64,000 nt of DNA. It comes from Macrostomum lignano (lineage: Eukaryota). Made by a program: the position numbers and the translations under genes. The DNA lies in contig NIVC01001524.1 in NCBI GenBank assembly GCA_002269645.1, forward strand, positions 210,047-274,046. Direction: 5' to 3'. Within the stretch, counting starts at the first letter, position 1; each line of letters starts with the position of its first letter. The notes under the pieces are model-generated. The model was given only the letters and a program-made list of their open reading frames with translations. It did no database searches and was not told the origin of the DNA. Positions 45,707 to 57,744 of the stretch are shown here, in pieces.

Positions 45707-47317
45707 ATGCAGTCACTAAAGTCAGCTTTAGAGAACACTTCGGCGCACGCGCTCCCGAGAACAGTGTCAGCCAAGCCAATTTACATCCGAATCGTCTGGT
45801 TGCTCATCTTTTTCACAATGCTGGCGCTTTTCCTCACAGGATTCAGCGAGTTTGTGGTTAAACTGCAGCATAACGAGCCAACCAGTACACAGGAAGTGGG
45901 AGTTGAGAGCTTCGTCTTCCCGGACGTGTACATGTGCTTCGAGAGTCCAATCTCTGGAAGCTACTCCGCGAGGGTCGATGCGGCCACAGCTGATGCAATC
46001 AATGCAGGACTGAATGCGACAAGCAGAGCCATACAGGACTATATCGCAATGCTGGGTATAACAGGTGAAGAAGCTCGGCAAACTGAAGCAGAGTTCAGCT
46101 TCATGTATCCGCAGTCCCTGCCTTACAGCTTGCTGATTGACGCTCTGGCGCACAGAGCAGAACAGTCGGTTATCACCAGCCAAATCACCTACCTCAGCAA
46201 CTATGGAACGGCTTTGTATCGGGACCTTCGACCTGAAAGCTTCTATCATCCGAAGTGGCTTCGCTGCCTGAAATGGGCCTTCAACAGTTCGATGCAAGCA
46301 AAAATTTTGCAGGCGGGAAAGACGTCAGGCATAATTGCTCGAATTCTTATCGATCAAAACTTCTCCGATATTTATAGCGCCTCTAACAGAATTCAACAGA
46401 AGGTGTTCGATCAGAGCACCCCGATCCCGACCTCGGACCGGACTCTTGGCGACCCGGTGGGTCCAGACAGGAGCTCGGGTGTCCGCGTGTTCCTCGCACC
46501 TCCGGGTCAGTACCCGTCCGACTTCACGACGTCGTTCTCGCTCAGTCCCGGGAAGCACCACACCGTGGAGATCGGCATGACCAAATATCAGTACAAATCT
46601 GGCCAGTTCGATTGCTTGGAGAATGAGCCCCCAGTTCAGTTCTTGAACCCTTACAATCGGACTCCCTATGAGTACAGTTACAGCTACTCGTACTGCTTCT
46701 ACTACCAGTATAACAAGCAGTGTCAGACTTGCTTGCAACTGTCCGGAGAGATTAGCCCAATGCCGTGGCCATTAAGAGGCTACAAATACGTGACCAACCT
46801 CACTGGTTTGCCAAACTTTTTCTCAGTATTGGCCATGAATGGTTCGCTTGGAGAATATTGCGATGCTGCGATCAACCAGACTCGTGTGAATGCCGTGAAG
46901 GCGTGTCAATCAAAACGGCTGTGCAGTGACCAGGACTACAGCGTTCGGATCTCCAGCACTGACTGGCCTTCGCTCAGCTCGCTCGATCCGTTTATCAGAA
47001 GCTTCATCTTCCAGTCTTGGAACAGGGCCAAAGCCCAGAATCTCAGTGTGCCGGCGCTGGACTTTCTGCTTAGCGGCAGCGCCGACAGGGTCGTCAGTTA
47101 CTCGAACAGAAACTTGCTTAAAGTGCACTTTCTACCGAGTAAAGTTCAGTGCGACAAGATCACCTTCTCGAGGGATTACGGAGCATCGAGTTTCATCTCT
47201 GATGTTGGTGGCATCATGGGAATTTACCTGGGAATGTCCTTGTTGACGCTGTGTGAAGTTCTTGAACTGATCTACGATATATCAGTAAATTATCTGCTGA
47301 AAAGAAGAGGTGAATAG
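45707..47317 (+). CDS. DEG/ENaC family channel subunit A (536 aa, intronless)
   Basis: Pre-TM1 SAHALPR (HG motif variant), TM1, FPDVYMC, Cys-containing loop, DWPS, TM2 ISDVGGIMGIYLGMS with GxS filter. Confidence 0.92.
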   Translation: MQSLKSALENTSAHALPRTVSAKPIYIRIVWLLIFFTMLALFLTGFSEFVVKLQHNEPTSTQEVGVESFVFPDVYMCFESPISGSYSARVDAATADAINAGLNATSRAIQDYIAMLGITGEEARQTEAEFSFMYPQSLPYSLLIDALAHRAEQSVITSQITYLSNYGTALYRDLRPESFYHPKWLRCLKWAFNSSMQAKILQAGKTSGIIARILIDQNFSDIYSASNRIQQKVFDQSTPIPTSDRTLGDPVGPDRSSGVRVFLAPPGQYPSDFTTSFSLSPGKHHTVEIGMTKYQYKSGQFDCLENEPPVQFLNPYNRTPYEYSYSYSYCFYYQYNKQCQTCLQLSGEISPMPWPLRGYKYVTNLTGLPNFFSVLAMNGSLGEYCDAAINQTRVNAVKACQSKRLCSDQDYSVRISSTDWPSLSSLDPFIRSFIFQSWNRAKAQNLSVPALDFLLSGSADRVVSYSNRNLLKVHFLPSKVQCDKITFSRDYGASSFISDVGGIMGIYLGMSLLTLCEVLELIYDISVNYLLKRRGE

Positions 47318-47864
47318 GTCAACGCAGGAACTATAGCAGATGGCGAAAAATGATGTGAATTAAAGTTTTATACCAATGATTAAAACTGCACTGAAAACAA
47401 CTACGGAGAATAATGTGAAAACTATCCATCATTAATATTTACGTTATTTACACTAAAAATAATTTTTTTCTGGAATTTAGAGCGGAATCTCTTTTGTTGC
47501 TATGTAGCTTTATCTAATAATTCTTTCACTCAAGATAGCTGTTGGAAGTCAATCCTTAAGCCGTACATTAATGTCACTGGTCCCCGATTTAATTTAGCTA
47601 TGATTTATTTCTAGCAAAGTGGGCATACACAGGACATTGAATACAGGAATGAAAGAGCTGGAAAATTGTCAGACAATCTGGTTAAACAATCGGTGCACAG
47701 TCCTGCTGTTTATTTAGTCAATTATTTACCTGGCTTTAGAGTTTTAGTTTTCCGATTAGCAATTGATAGTAGCTATTTTACAATCAGGATTTTACAAAAG
47801 TTTTTTTTGTCTCGTCCCCGACTGCTTGGAGCAGCAATACAAGCGTACCTACAGGCTATCGCCA

Positions 47865-48198
47865 GGGGGCCGTAGCCCAGCGGTCTAGCGCAGGCTCTGG
47901 TGTGCCAGCAACCCAGGCTCGATTCCAAGTGCAGTCACATTAATTTGGGGCTGAATTGGAATCTCGGCTTGGCTCTGCTCGTGCAATTAACGGCCTTGAG
48001 AGCCAACCCCCAAGGCACAGTGAAGGCCGCTGTACACTCCTGTGTGAGTGTGTGCCTGCGTACGTATCCGTGCGCTTGTATGCCTGCTCAGGGGAGTCGG
48101 CGGAATGGGCAGTAATGCCTCTCGCCGGTTGTGTGCCTATGTCGCTTAAAGTGCGCCAGGGTGCACACAACCCCCCTGCCTCTAATAAAAAAAATAAA
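47865..48198 (+). mobile_element. tRNA-derived SINE, family B, copy 3, full length with 14-bp TSD
   Basis: TSD ACAGGCTATCGCCA at 47851-47864 and 48199-48212. A-box TAGCCCAGCGG, B-box-like GGCTCGATTCC, A-rich tail. Confidence 0.9.
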
Positions 48199-48211
48199 AC
48201 AGGCTATCGCC

Positions 48212-48285
48212 ATGCATCCAATGATAGCGGCGTTGGAATTGACAACGGCACACGGACTACACAGAAGCGTCTCTGGAAAAATCAC
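48212..48285 (+). pseudogene. DEG/ENaC 5' stub (psi-2)
   Basis: MHPMIAALELTTAHGLHRSVSGK is near-identical to the start of subunit B. Upstream GACTGCTTGGAGCAGCAATAC also matches. Confidence 0.75.
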
Positions 48286-49970
48286 GTTGAAAAATTATGC
48301 ATAAAATACGGTTCGCACTACTAAAGAGGGTAAATACACGATTAAAATTTATTAAAATTGCTAAAAAAGGTAAGTTGCCTATCAAGTCTGTAAAATATTA
48401 GCAAAACGGAGATAAGGTGTGTACAAAAGGCGAAATGTACGTGCTTACAAAAAATAAATAGCTCATCAAATAGTCAATTCATGCCCCGTAGATTATAAAT
48501 TCACTGTAACAATTAGTGGTCCCATCGAACCGTAAGCTTGCTTCCATAACCTGACGTCTGAAATAAAGGTACTGCATTACAGATCGAGTGATGTGCTGGG
48601 AGGCGTGAAGAGTAAAACAAGCACTGTTGAATCTTTTTTCGTTGATTTTGCTCGTTTTCTCAACATCTTTACTTCAATAGCAGCAGCACGGCCGAGATTT
48701 TATCATGAGTATGGAAACTGTCCTTGATTCTCCTTGCTCAGACCACCGTATGCTTGAAATCCATAGATAGCTAGACAGACCAAGGACTACTTAAGTCGAA
48801 GGACGGAAAACCTCGTATCGTGGAAAAACACACTACGGAGATAGGAAGTTTTATTGTTCAGCACGAAAATTGTTCAGCCCATGTTGTGCTTTTCTTATAG
48901 CTCTATTGATATTCATACATAGAGCTTTTTGTTTGGGAAAAAAGGATTCTATGTTTATTATTTTTTCTTGTTTATGTTCAATCTTGTTTGTTTATTTTCA
49001 AATTGTACGAATAGATTTTCTGTGCCCAAAAACCGTTAAAATCACACTGCTTTTTCATTCTCCAACATTCTCTCGAAAATTCTCTCCTCACTCCTCAAAA
49101 AGGTAACTTATCGAGCTAATTATCAAGAATTTAAAGCGATAAAGGTTGATAGATGCAGAGCAGTGGTTTTTTGTGCCCTCTACAAAACAGAATTATTGGT
49201 AGAATTTTGGCGAAAAAAGATGCTTAAGTGAATAGCAATCAGATAGAAGCAGATTTTTTGAAAAATCTCGTAGCCATACATTGGTGTAGCCAAAGTGAAA
49301 AGATCTTAATGCAGACACTTCCGCACAGCTAATTGCAGCAAATGTGAGAGTGTCCACTAATTCCCTAATCCATTAGGGTATATAGACAATTTCAAACTGT
49401 GCATTACGTTTCCATGGAAAATTTGAAAAACGATTAGTAGTATAAACCCATTAGCTAGAGCTCTTTGATTTGTATCTTGTATCCTAGTATTAAAGATATC
49501 TTGGTTTTGTGATGTTTACACAGGTGGTGCGCTTTGCCATGGAGCACCTCTCCGACACAGAGCTAGCCACAGCTAAAAGCAGTACACTTGTAGCTGCAGA
49601 GAGTCAACAAAACCCAGAGAAATCGACCAGATTGCAGCAGGTTAAAGACGGGAAGAAATTGTCTGCTGAGAATTTCGCTGGGGTAATTATGGCTTAGTTT
49701 AATTAGTATGTTGCTGAGATTAATGATGCCCGAACCTGCAAGTATTCCTGGTCAGTGTTCTAAAGCTAGAGTGCGCTGTATTTACTCAGCAGAATTTTAA
49801 AGTTTCCACCTAGTTGGTCAACTTTTTTTTCAGATCTCAGTCCGAAATGACACAATTTACGCCGCGGTGCTCGGCTCTACCGCGGATGATGCAACTTGCG
49901 TCACAAGGCCCACCAAGCTGAGGCTGGCTGAGATTTGCGGAAAGTCGACCACTAGATTCGAGGTGAAACT

Positions 49971-50430
49971 ATGAGTAAGCGTAGCATGTTGCAGTCACTG
50001 AAGTCAGCTTTGAGAACATTTCGGCGCACGCACTCCCGAGAACGGTGTCGACTAAACCAATTTACATCCGAATCGTCTGGCTGCTCAACTTTTTCACAAT
50101 GCTGGCTGCTTTTAGTCAGAGGATTCAGCAAATTTGTGGTTAAACTGCAGCAGAACGAGCCAACCAGCACGCAGAAAGGGAGAGTCGAGAGCCTCGTCTT
50201 CCCAGACGTGTACATGTGCTCCAAGAGTCCCATCTCTGGCAGCTACTCCACAAGAATTAATTCGGCCACAGCGGACGCAATCAATGTTGAACTGAATTCG
50301 ACAAGCTAACAGACAAGCATCCCAGCAAACTGAAGTTGAGGACATATTGCTGATCAACGCTCTCGCAATCAAGACAGATATACTCGAACCAAAACTCCAT
50401 CAAGTGCACTTTTAACTGGCCGAGTATACT
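49971..50430 (+). pseudogene. DEG/ENaC 5' relic (psi-3), frameshifted copy of subunit A
   Basis: LQSLKSAL...KLQQNEPTSTQ...VFPDVYMCSKSPISGSYS, with frameshifts and truncation. Confidence 0.85.
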
Positions 50431-51188
50431 TACAGAGCAACAAGTGCATAGTCTTAGGTGACTTTTCGAGTTATTTAGGAGCATCGCTGGAAAATGATGA
50501 AAAATGCTAATAATGATAAAAAACCAAGTTAGAAAATATCGATTATTCGTATTTTAAAATGACTTTTTCGAATATTATCTAGCAGCATCTCGCATCTCGG
50601 AACAAATTAGTTACTTTTTATCGAACTTACACTAAGGTCTGTAGTAGCTAAGTTTCTTAATCGTTCTCTACTGAGTTTACTAAAGTACGAGTATTTATGT
50701 TTTAATTTAGCTCGTAGCTTTATCTAGAAATATCTACTACAAAAAGAGCATACGTATATCAGGAACCACTCAAATTTTATCTGCGCATAGCTTATGCTTA
50801 CTTTTTCCAGTATATTGACGGAGGGGTTGTCCTGTATTGTAAGCCTGAATTGTCGATTACGTAGCTACATGCAAACAAAAACTATTTATGCAAATCAGAG
50901 CCTGTGAAAGAGGTAGAAAGCCATTTGATTTTTATGTGCACACGGCACCCAATGTTTAATCAGTTGATTTCTTTCCATGGCCATAACCGGTTTTTTATTT
51001 GTTTTACTTTTCCAATAGCCTTCAATTGATTACTTTCTCCAAAATAACCAATGCTGGAAAGGTTTGAGCAGAACAGTAAAAACCGGCTCACCACCGCACG
51101 AAGCAGGTTTTAAAAACGTTTTCTTGTCAAGTCCCTGACTGCTTGGAGCAGCAATACGAGCGTGACAGAGCGTACCCGCAGGCTCGCC

Positions 51189-52823
51189 ATGAATCCGCTG
51201 AAAGCAGCGTTGGAATCGACAACGGCTCACGGACTTCCCAGAACCGTCTCTGGAAAGCCGATTTATGTACGCGTCGGTTGGCTACTGCTTTACCTCGCTA
51301 TGCTGGGCCTCTTTCTAAAAGGATTCTCCGACTTTATTATCAAACTGCAGGCTCAGCAGGTCACATCGACTTTGGAGGCTAACCAGGTAGAATTTCAATT
51401 TCCAGATCTTTACGTCTGCCTCGAGAACCCAATATCGTCAAGTTACTCCAGCCAGATTGACAATAAAATGGTCAACTCAGCGCTTTCAGCAGGACTCTAT
51501 CATCTTTATGCAGATTACATGGCTATGGGAAAGGACGATCTCACAGCAAGAAGCTATATAAAAAATCTCTCAGGGCTGCTGCCGCAGTCTGCTCCGTATA
51601 CTTTCCTGGCAGACAAGCTTGGTCACAGAGCCGAGCAAACAGTCATTGAAAGCTACGCAATCTACAAACATGATTCTGGTTTACCTGGATATGAAGCCCT
51701 GCAGCCACAAGCCTACTACGACCCAAACTTTCTTCGCTGCCAAAAGTGGAAACTGAGCAGTGAGTTGCAGAAAAAAATCTCACGAGGTGGCTCCAGCTCA
51801 GGACTGATCCTCAGTCTGTTTGTTGACACGGGTTTCCCAGCAGTCAGAATCGAGTCTGGCGTGTTCATCTTTGGTGTCCCAATTCCCCTGTCCGACTGGC
51901 CATTGTCGGAGCTCAGTTTGATCAGCACGGACAGGCGGTCCGGTGCTCGAGTGTTCCTCACCCAGCCAGGAGAAATTCCCTCAGACTTTGTGAAGTCATT
52001 CTCTCTGGATGCAGCCAAGTATCACACCGTTTTAATTGGGATGACGCAGCACGTGTACAAAGAAGGCCAGTTTGACGACTGTCTGAGCGAATCTGCAGAT
52101 GTTCAGTTTGTGAATTTTTACGATCAAACGCCCAGCAATTATTCGTACAGCTATTCGTATTGCTACTACTATGAGTACCATAGGCAGTACCAGTCGATAA
52201 TAAACTCGTCTGGTTTGCAGTCACCTCTGCCATGGCCGTTGAGAGGAAAGCCCTTTGCTTATAACTTTTCGGTTGTGTCAATTGCTGACCTGATGAGACT
52301 TGAATCAAATGCTTCGATAGTACAGCGGGTTAATAGGATTGAGGTGGAAGCACAAAAATTTTGCAAGACAAAGCGTCCATGCAGCCTGATGGACTACAGC
52401 ATCAGCATCTCCAGTGCCGATTGGCCTACACAAAGCTCGGCTGAATCGTTTCTTCAAACTTCGGTGAAGCTGGCTCAGCTAAATGCTCAAGCTAAAAATC
52501 AGAGCGTCCCGGCTCTCGACTACCTATTGAACAACTATTCAACAAGCGACTTTGCCTCCTACGTTGGCAGTAATCTGTTGAAAGTGCACTTTAAACCGGA
52601 GCGCGTATTCTGCGACAGAGTGACATTCTCCAAAGATTACAGGCTTTCCGACTTCATCTCGGACGTTGGCGGCATAATGGGCGTGTATCTGGGCATGTCC
52701 CTGCTGACCCTGTGCGAGCTGCTGGAACTTGTGCACGATGTCGCTTTCGGACGGAAAAGTCGGGTGACCAGTCTGCAAAACAATGACGATCTGTCAGAGG
52801 AAGTTAAAGCGACGGGTACTTGA
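51189..52823 (+). CDS. DEG/ENaC family channel subunit B (about 544 aa from ATG 51189, intronless)
   Basis: STTAHGLPR (HG motif), TM1, FPDLYVC, DWPT, TM2 ISDVGGIMGVYLGMS. Confidence 0.92.
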   Translation: MNPLKAALESTTAHGLPRTVSGKPIYVRVGWLLLYLAMLGLFLKGFSDFIIKLQAQQVTSTLEANQVEFQFPDLYVCLENPISSSYSSQIDNKMVNSALSAGLYHLYADYMAMGKDDLTARSYIKNLSGLLPQSAPYTFLADKLGHRAEQTVIESYAIYKHDSGLPGYEALQPQAYYDPNFLRCQKWKLSSELQKKISRGGSSSGLILSLFVDTGFPAVRIESGVFIFGVPIPLSDWPLSELSLISTDRRSGARVFLTQPGEIPSDFVKSFSLDAAKYHTVLIGMTQHVYKEGQFDDCLSESADVQFVNFYDQTPSNYSYSYSYCYYYEYHRQYQSIINSSGLQSPLPWPLRGKPFAYNFSVVSIADLMRLESNASIVQRVNRIEVEAQKFCKTKRPCSLMDYSISISSADWPTQSSAESFLQTSVKLAQLNAQAKNQSVPALDYLLNNYSTSDFASYVGSNLLKVHFKPERVFCDRVTFSKDYRLSDFISDVGGIMGVYLGMSLLTLCELLELVHDVAFGRKSRVTSLQNNDDLSEEVKATGT

Positions 52824-54597
52824 TACTGGAAACTGAATCACCAATCAAAAACTGTTGGTCTTTTATTTTCTAAGCCTTATTTTATCTGAGTTACTTTGTA
52901 ATACGCTCACGTCTATGGCCAACACCTTTGATCAGTCAGTGTAGCAAGCTTTTTTAACAGGCCACACACAGCACGGTCATCTTCATTGACAGTGATTGAT
53001 TGGTTATCAAATATTATTTTTAATGTTTTCCATAGCAGTACTTAAGAAGAAGAAATCTGATGTTTTCTTTTGTTGTTGCAGAAAATTTGGATGGTATTTT
53101 TTCATTTTAATTCTCTTTGTCGAAACAGCTATTTGATTTTATTGTCATGTCTCTGCAATTTTTCTGTAAGGAAGCAAAAATCTGCTGGACTCGATCTTTT
53201 TAACACCTAATTTTCACAGTATCTCGATTAATATTAACCTTTTATCATTTCAAGTTGTATCGACCCATGGCAATTTCTTTTGAAATATACTCCTTTTTTC
53301 TGCCGATAACGAAGAGCTAAACATTCCGTCTTCAGATAATCTAACGTTATATCGATTGCTCAAGATTGCGTAAGGCCCCCAAGCCTAGTCTCAGACAGCT
53401 GTTCCTTTATTTAGCTTCTATTTATCTGTAGATTTCATAGAGGCGTAACGTCTTTGTCAAAAGACGTTACCAAAGAAACGTCGATTCAATGCAAATTCCA
53501 TCGCAGACAGTACCTAGACGGCCTTTAAAATGCTCAGTCTTCAGAGTGTATTTCTAGCCTTACGACTTCTTTAAAGATTCCGGTGTTTAAAATCTAGTGG
53601 AATCTGATGGATACTATTGAAAATAGACTACTTAACTTGAATTTTTTAAACAGTCCTTGTTCGATGGCCTCATAACAAAAACATTTACCAGTACCCGCAA
53701 ATTAGATTCAAAAATGTTTTCTTTGTTTAGTTAAGTGTTCTAGGTTTCTGTTAAGAATTTTAGGAACAGAACAGAACAGAACTTTAGGTTTCTGTTAAAC
53801 TCATGCCATCTACATGTAGCAGGAGAAGCAGTTAATATCATACATAAGACAATAAAAAACGTCGCGAATTTTACCAACCAAAAAGAGAGAACACGACGCA
53901 ATTCGAGCTCACTGCAAACGACGGTTCAACCCAAGTCAGCATATGCAGGGGAGATTCAGAAGTTAGCGGTGGCTTCGTTTGCTTGCATCGGAGGCTCATT
54001 CTGCAATGCATTCAGCTTGTCTCGGCGTTACGGGCAGCGGCATCGTTTAATTCGTGCAGCCTAGTGGAGATAACTGGCCACGAATCGGGTATTGAGACCG
54101 ATAGGTGAAAAAAGTGCGGGGTTTAGTGTAATTGAATCAAAGGAGTAACTAGTTTCTAATGATCCATGTCGGATAATTGAAGATTCTAGGTACGTTTAGG
54201 AACTAGATTGAGTACAATGGCTGAGTGAAGTTAATGGGTTATGGGATTTCGGCCATTGGGTGGCTGACCTTTGTATGTGAATTATGAAAACGACCTGGGT
54301 AGAAAAATTCCCGGATGAATTCATAAAGCAAATATCGTAAATTGGCGTTGCAGGTAGTTATGTTGATTAATGGACTATATTGCAATACATAGCCGTTTCG
54401 TGTTTACAGTTCTCTAGTCTCTCCATTAATTATCCGAAAATTAGAGATGAGCACTTTGATGACAGCCAAATTAGATAGTGTATGCTCTGGGCCATTGCTT
54501 GCCATGACAACAAAGCAGATAAAAAAGAATCCGTTGAAAGAAAATGCTCCCTGCAAATCCAATGCAACTGGTCCTTGCGAAAACAAATACAGACGTC

Positions 54598-55593
54598 ATG
54601 CAGCAGCTTATCGACCACTACGCACGTTATGCCAAGAGTCGTTAGCGACAAGCCAGTCTATGTCCGAATCATGTGGCTATTGATCTACCTGAGTACGTTG
54701 GCCCTTTTCATGAAAGGCTTGGCGACAGGGTGTTTGAGTCTATCTGACGCCACCCGGTAAGTATCCAACTCATTTTGTGACGTCATTCTCGCTTTACACT
54801 GGCCAGCACCACGCCGTTGAGATTCGAATGCGCGGCAAAGTTACCAACCAGGCTAGTTTGACTGTCTGAGTGAACTCCCAGAAGTGCAGTTTTTGAACCC
54901 GTATGATCATACTCCATACAATTATACGTAGAGCTATTCATATTGTTACTACTACGAGTATCACTGTGAGTTTCTGAAGCTATTCAACTTCTCGGGACAA
55001 CTGAGTCCATTTCCGTGGCCGCTGAGAGGCAAGAACTTTATATTGAATACTTCCATCATAGATTGGATTGGATATTTGATAGTAAAAGTACAATGTGAAA
55101 AATGTCTTCAATATATAAAACACTAACTGATCACTGCAATTCGAAGTGACCTTGTAAAACCCTCGACTACACAGCGTGTGTTTCCAGCGTTGATTGGCCC
55201 ACCGAGAGCTCGATGACTTCCTTCATCAATGACGTCATTCCAGCTGTTAAAGTGCAAGCTCGGACAAAGGGTCAAGTGGCGCCTGTAATAGATTTTTTGT
55301 TTGCTGAAAATAAATCAACTGTAACCTCCTATGTGAGCAAAAACCTGCTGAAAGTTCACCTGAAACCAGCTTGTACGCTTTGTTTTGGTGCGTCGTTCTC
55401 GAGGGACTACGGACTATCATATTTTCTGTCGGATATTGGCGGCATCATGGGAATCTAGTTGGGCATGTCGTTGATGACAGTGTGCGAACTGTTCGAACTG
55501 ATATTTGATCTGCTCCATTTCAATAAGCGGAAGATTTCTGCGACACCTTCTGTGTCTGATTTTTCATCTGTGCAGACTTCTTCTGCAGGCTGA
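54598..55593 (+). pseudogene. DEG/ENaC pseudogene (psi-4) with deletion, stops and frameshifts
   Basis: STTTHVMPR..KPVYVRIMW; G*FDCLSELPEVQFLNPY...SYSYCYYY; PWPLRG; LSDIGGIMGI*LGMS. Confidence 0.85.
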
Positions 55594-55939
55594 CACTTTT
55601 AAAGTTCTTATTAAAGATTTTTTAATGAAAATTCTTCGTTACACTGCATAATACTATACTAATCAAAGTAATAGGGATCCAAAGAAGATAACTATTTACC
55701 TGCTTAAAGCTATTAACATCATACAAATCTTTCTGCTTTGAAGTTAAACAAACTGTCCAGATAATAAAAAAAACACATTTGTTTTGGATGGTAAGTTAGT
55801 AGGATCAATCAAGTAATATTGGGACAATGCGAAAAGTCACTCTTTTATGCTACTGAATTCTAAAGCTAGTAAGCGCCTTCATAGATGACGATTTATTGAA
55901 CAAATAAGATCGTTTTTAATGTTTCATTGTCGTTTGGAA

Positions 55940-56157
55940 AGGGGATGTCAACTTAAGCACCAGAATGGAGCCCGAAGTTCAGCTCCGGACCAAACCGACT
56001 GCAATCGATAACTTGTCGGCCCGGACGACCAGGTCAGGGCCTGGGATGGGATGTCTCGGCGATTCTAGTCGTCTGGGCCGACAAGTTATCGATTGCAGTC
56101 TGTTTGGTCCGGAGCTGAACTTCAGGTTCCATTCTGGTGCTTAAGTTGACACCCCTT
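55940..56157. mobile_element. Palindromic MITE with ~90-bp near-perfect inverted arms
   Basis: GGGGATGTCAACTTAAGCACCAGAATGG...GACGAC / GTCGTC...CCATTCTGGTGCTTAAGTTGACACCCC. Confidence 0.85.
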
Positions 56158-57744
56158 TATTTTTTGTTCTGTTGTAAAAAATATCTCACAGAGAAAATAC
56201 ATCGGGTGATATATACCCCTCAGGAACACTGGAGACATACTTTAATAAGCCAGTCCTAAAAATCGGGTACAATTTCGAAAAAAAACAACTTGGCAAGATA
56301 AACAAAAACCTAGACAGAATTTTTCATGATTTCGGAATCACATAATCGATTTTGACAATTTTGGTCTTGTTATAAAGCAGAATAAATTATTGTACTAAAG
56401 ACTAGCTGGGCACGTTTGATAAAGAGTTTTCCTGACAAAGAGTTGTCTGATCGTGTACCTTTCACTCTAACCCCCTAATTAACTCTTGGCGCCTTTTATA
56501 AATGTTTTTGCACTTATTGATTCCGCGGTATAGCACTGCTAATCTTAATCTTAACATTGGCACATTTTCTTGACACCTACATCTGACAACATATGGGAAG
56601 TGTGTTAATCCCAGCACGCGTTCGGGGTTCCACTCGGTAATAAAACATTTTCCCACAGAAACCTTACAGAGCTGATCTTTTCTATAAATAGAACTCCAGC
56701 ACAATCAATGTGCGTGCTTGCCGTAGTGCTGACGTTAATGCGGGGAACAAACTGTTTAGCTTAGCGTCACAATAACATGAAAGATTTTTTATTTATTGCT
56801 GACTAAGGACATTTCAGCAGACCAACTAACGTACTATATTAAAGCAAATTTAATACAAGGTTTGTCTAGTAAATAGCTCAAAAGTAAATATATTTTTCCA
56901 TGTTTCCGATAGATATTTTAGGTTTTTTTTGAATAACTAAATGCTAGTTAGCTTCTAAGTTTACTACACCACCATTACTAGCGCCCAGACAATATATTGA
57001 GTTGTCTTAGCTGCAAGTAACACTATTGCCAATGAATTTGCATGCAGCTAGCAGTCTGGTTTCAGAAATGCCTGGCACAACGCTGACCACTGTGCTCGGA
57101 TATGAAAGGTGCGGGGAAGCCTTTTGAATTTAAGTCAATAATAACTCAGTAGTGAGTGCAAGTTGCTGGGGGGAATGATTTTGAGACTGAAATATTCTCT
57201 CACCGCCAACAGCAGACTTTTACGGCCCCTGCCCAGCCAGGGAAAGGAGGCGAGTTGCCAAGGGGCGCTGAGTGTGCGCAGAGTTCAACCCCCCAAGCCT
57301 CTTCCCCTAATCTGGCCAGTTGACCGAACCTTCCGATTAAGAGCCGATGCGATTTCGGTTTATTCTCAGTTTGGCAGTCCTTCAACGCCTCCCCCCCCCC
57401 GCGGCCAGGGACAACTCTTAGCACAGAGTGCACTCCCAGGACCCCGTCGCTCTCTGCCGATTTGCTTCCCTGTTCTCTTAGGATTTGCTAGCAAAAACGA
57501 TTCTACCCACCCTCCACCACTGCATTGTGAGCGCTCGAAACCAGAGCGTATCCAGTTGTTAAGTAAAAAATCGGAGAAAGCGAGTGCAGAAAAAGAATTT
57601 TGTTGGCTGCTTCAATAAAAACTGCACAGCGATTTCACCCAGAAAGGACGGGATTCCGTAAGCATAGTTTGACCGCGTTTCATAGCTTGCTGCAAAGGGT
57701 TGAGATTAAAAACCGCCAGTGGAGCCCATTTGGACGGCCCAGAA

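Noticed and set aside
47865-47940. tRNA-like sequence (also at 2045, 17515 and 44250)
   Set aside because: No complete cloverleaf. Each continues into a shared body and A-rich tail, one with a TSD, so these are SINE heads.
57163-57618. 151-aa plus-strand ORF upstream of the two-TM gene
   Set aside because: TTG start, no domain or coding bias. More likely promoter or 5' UTR.
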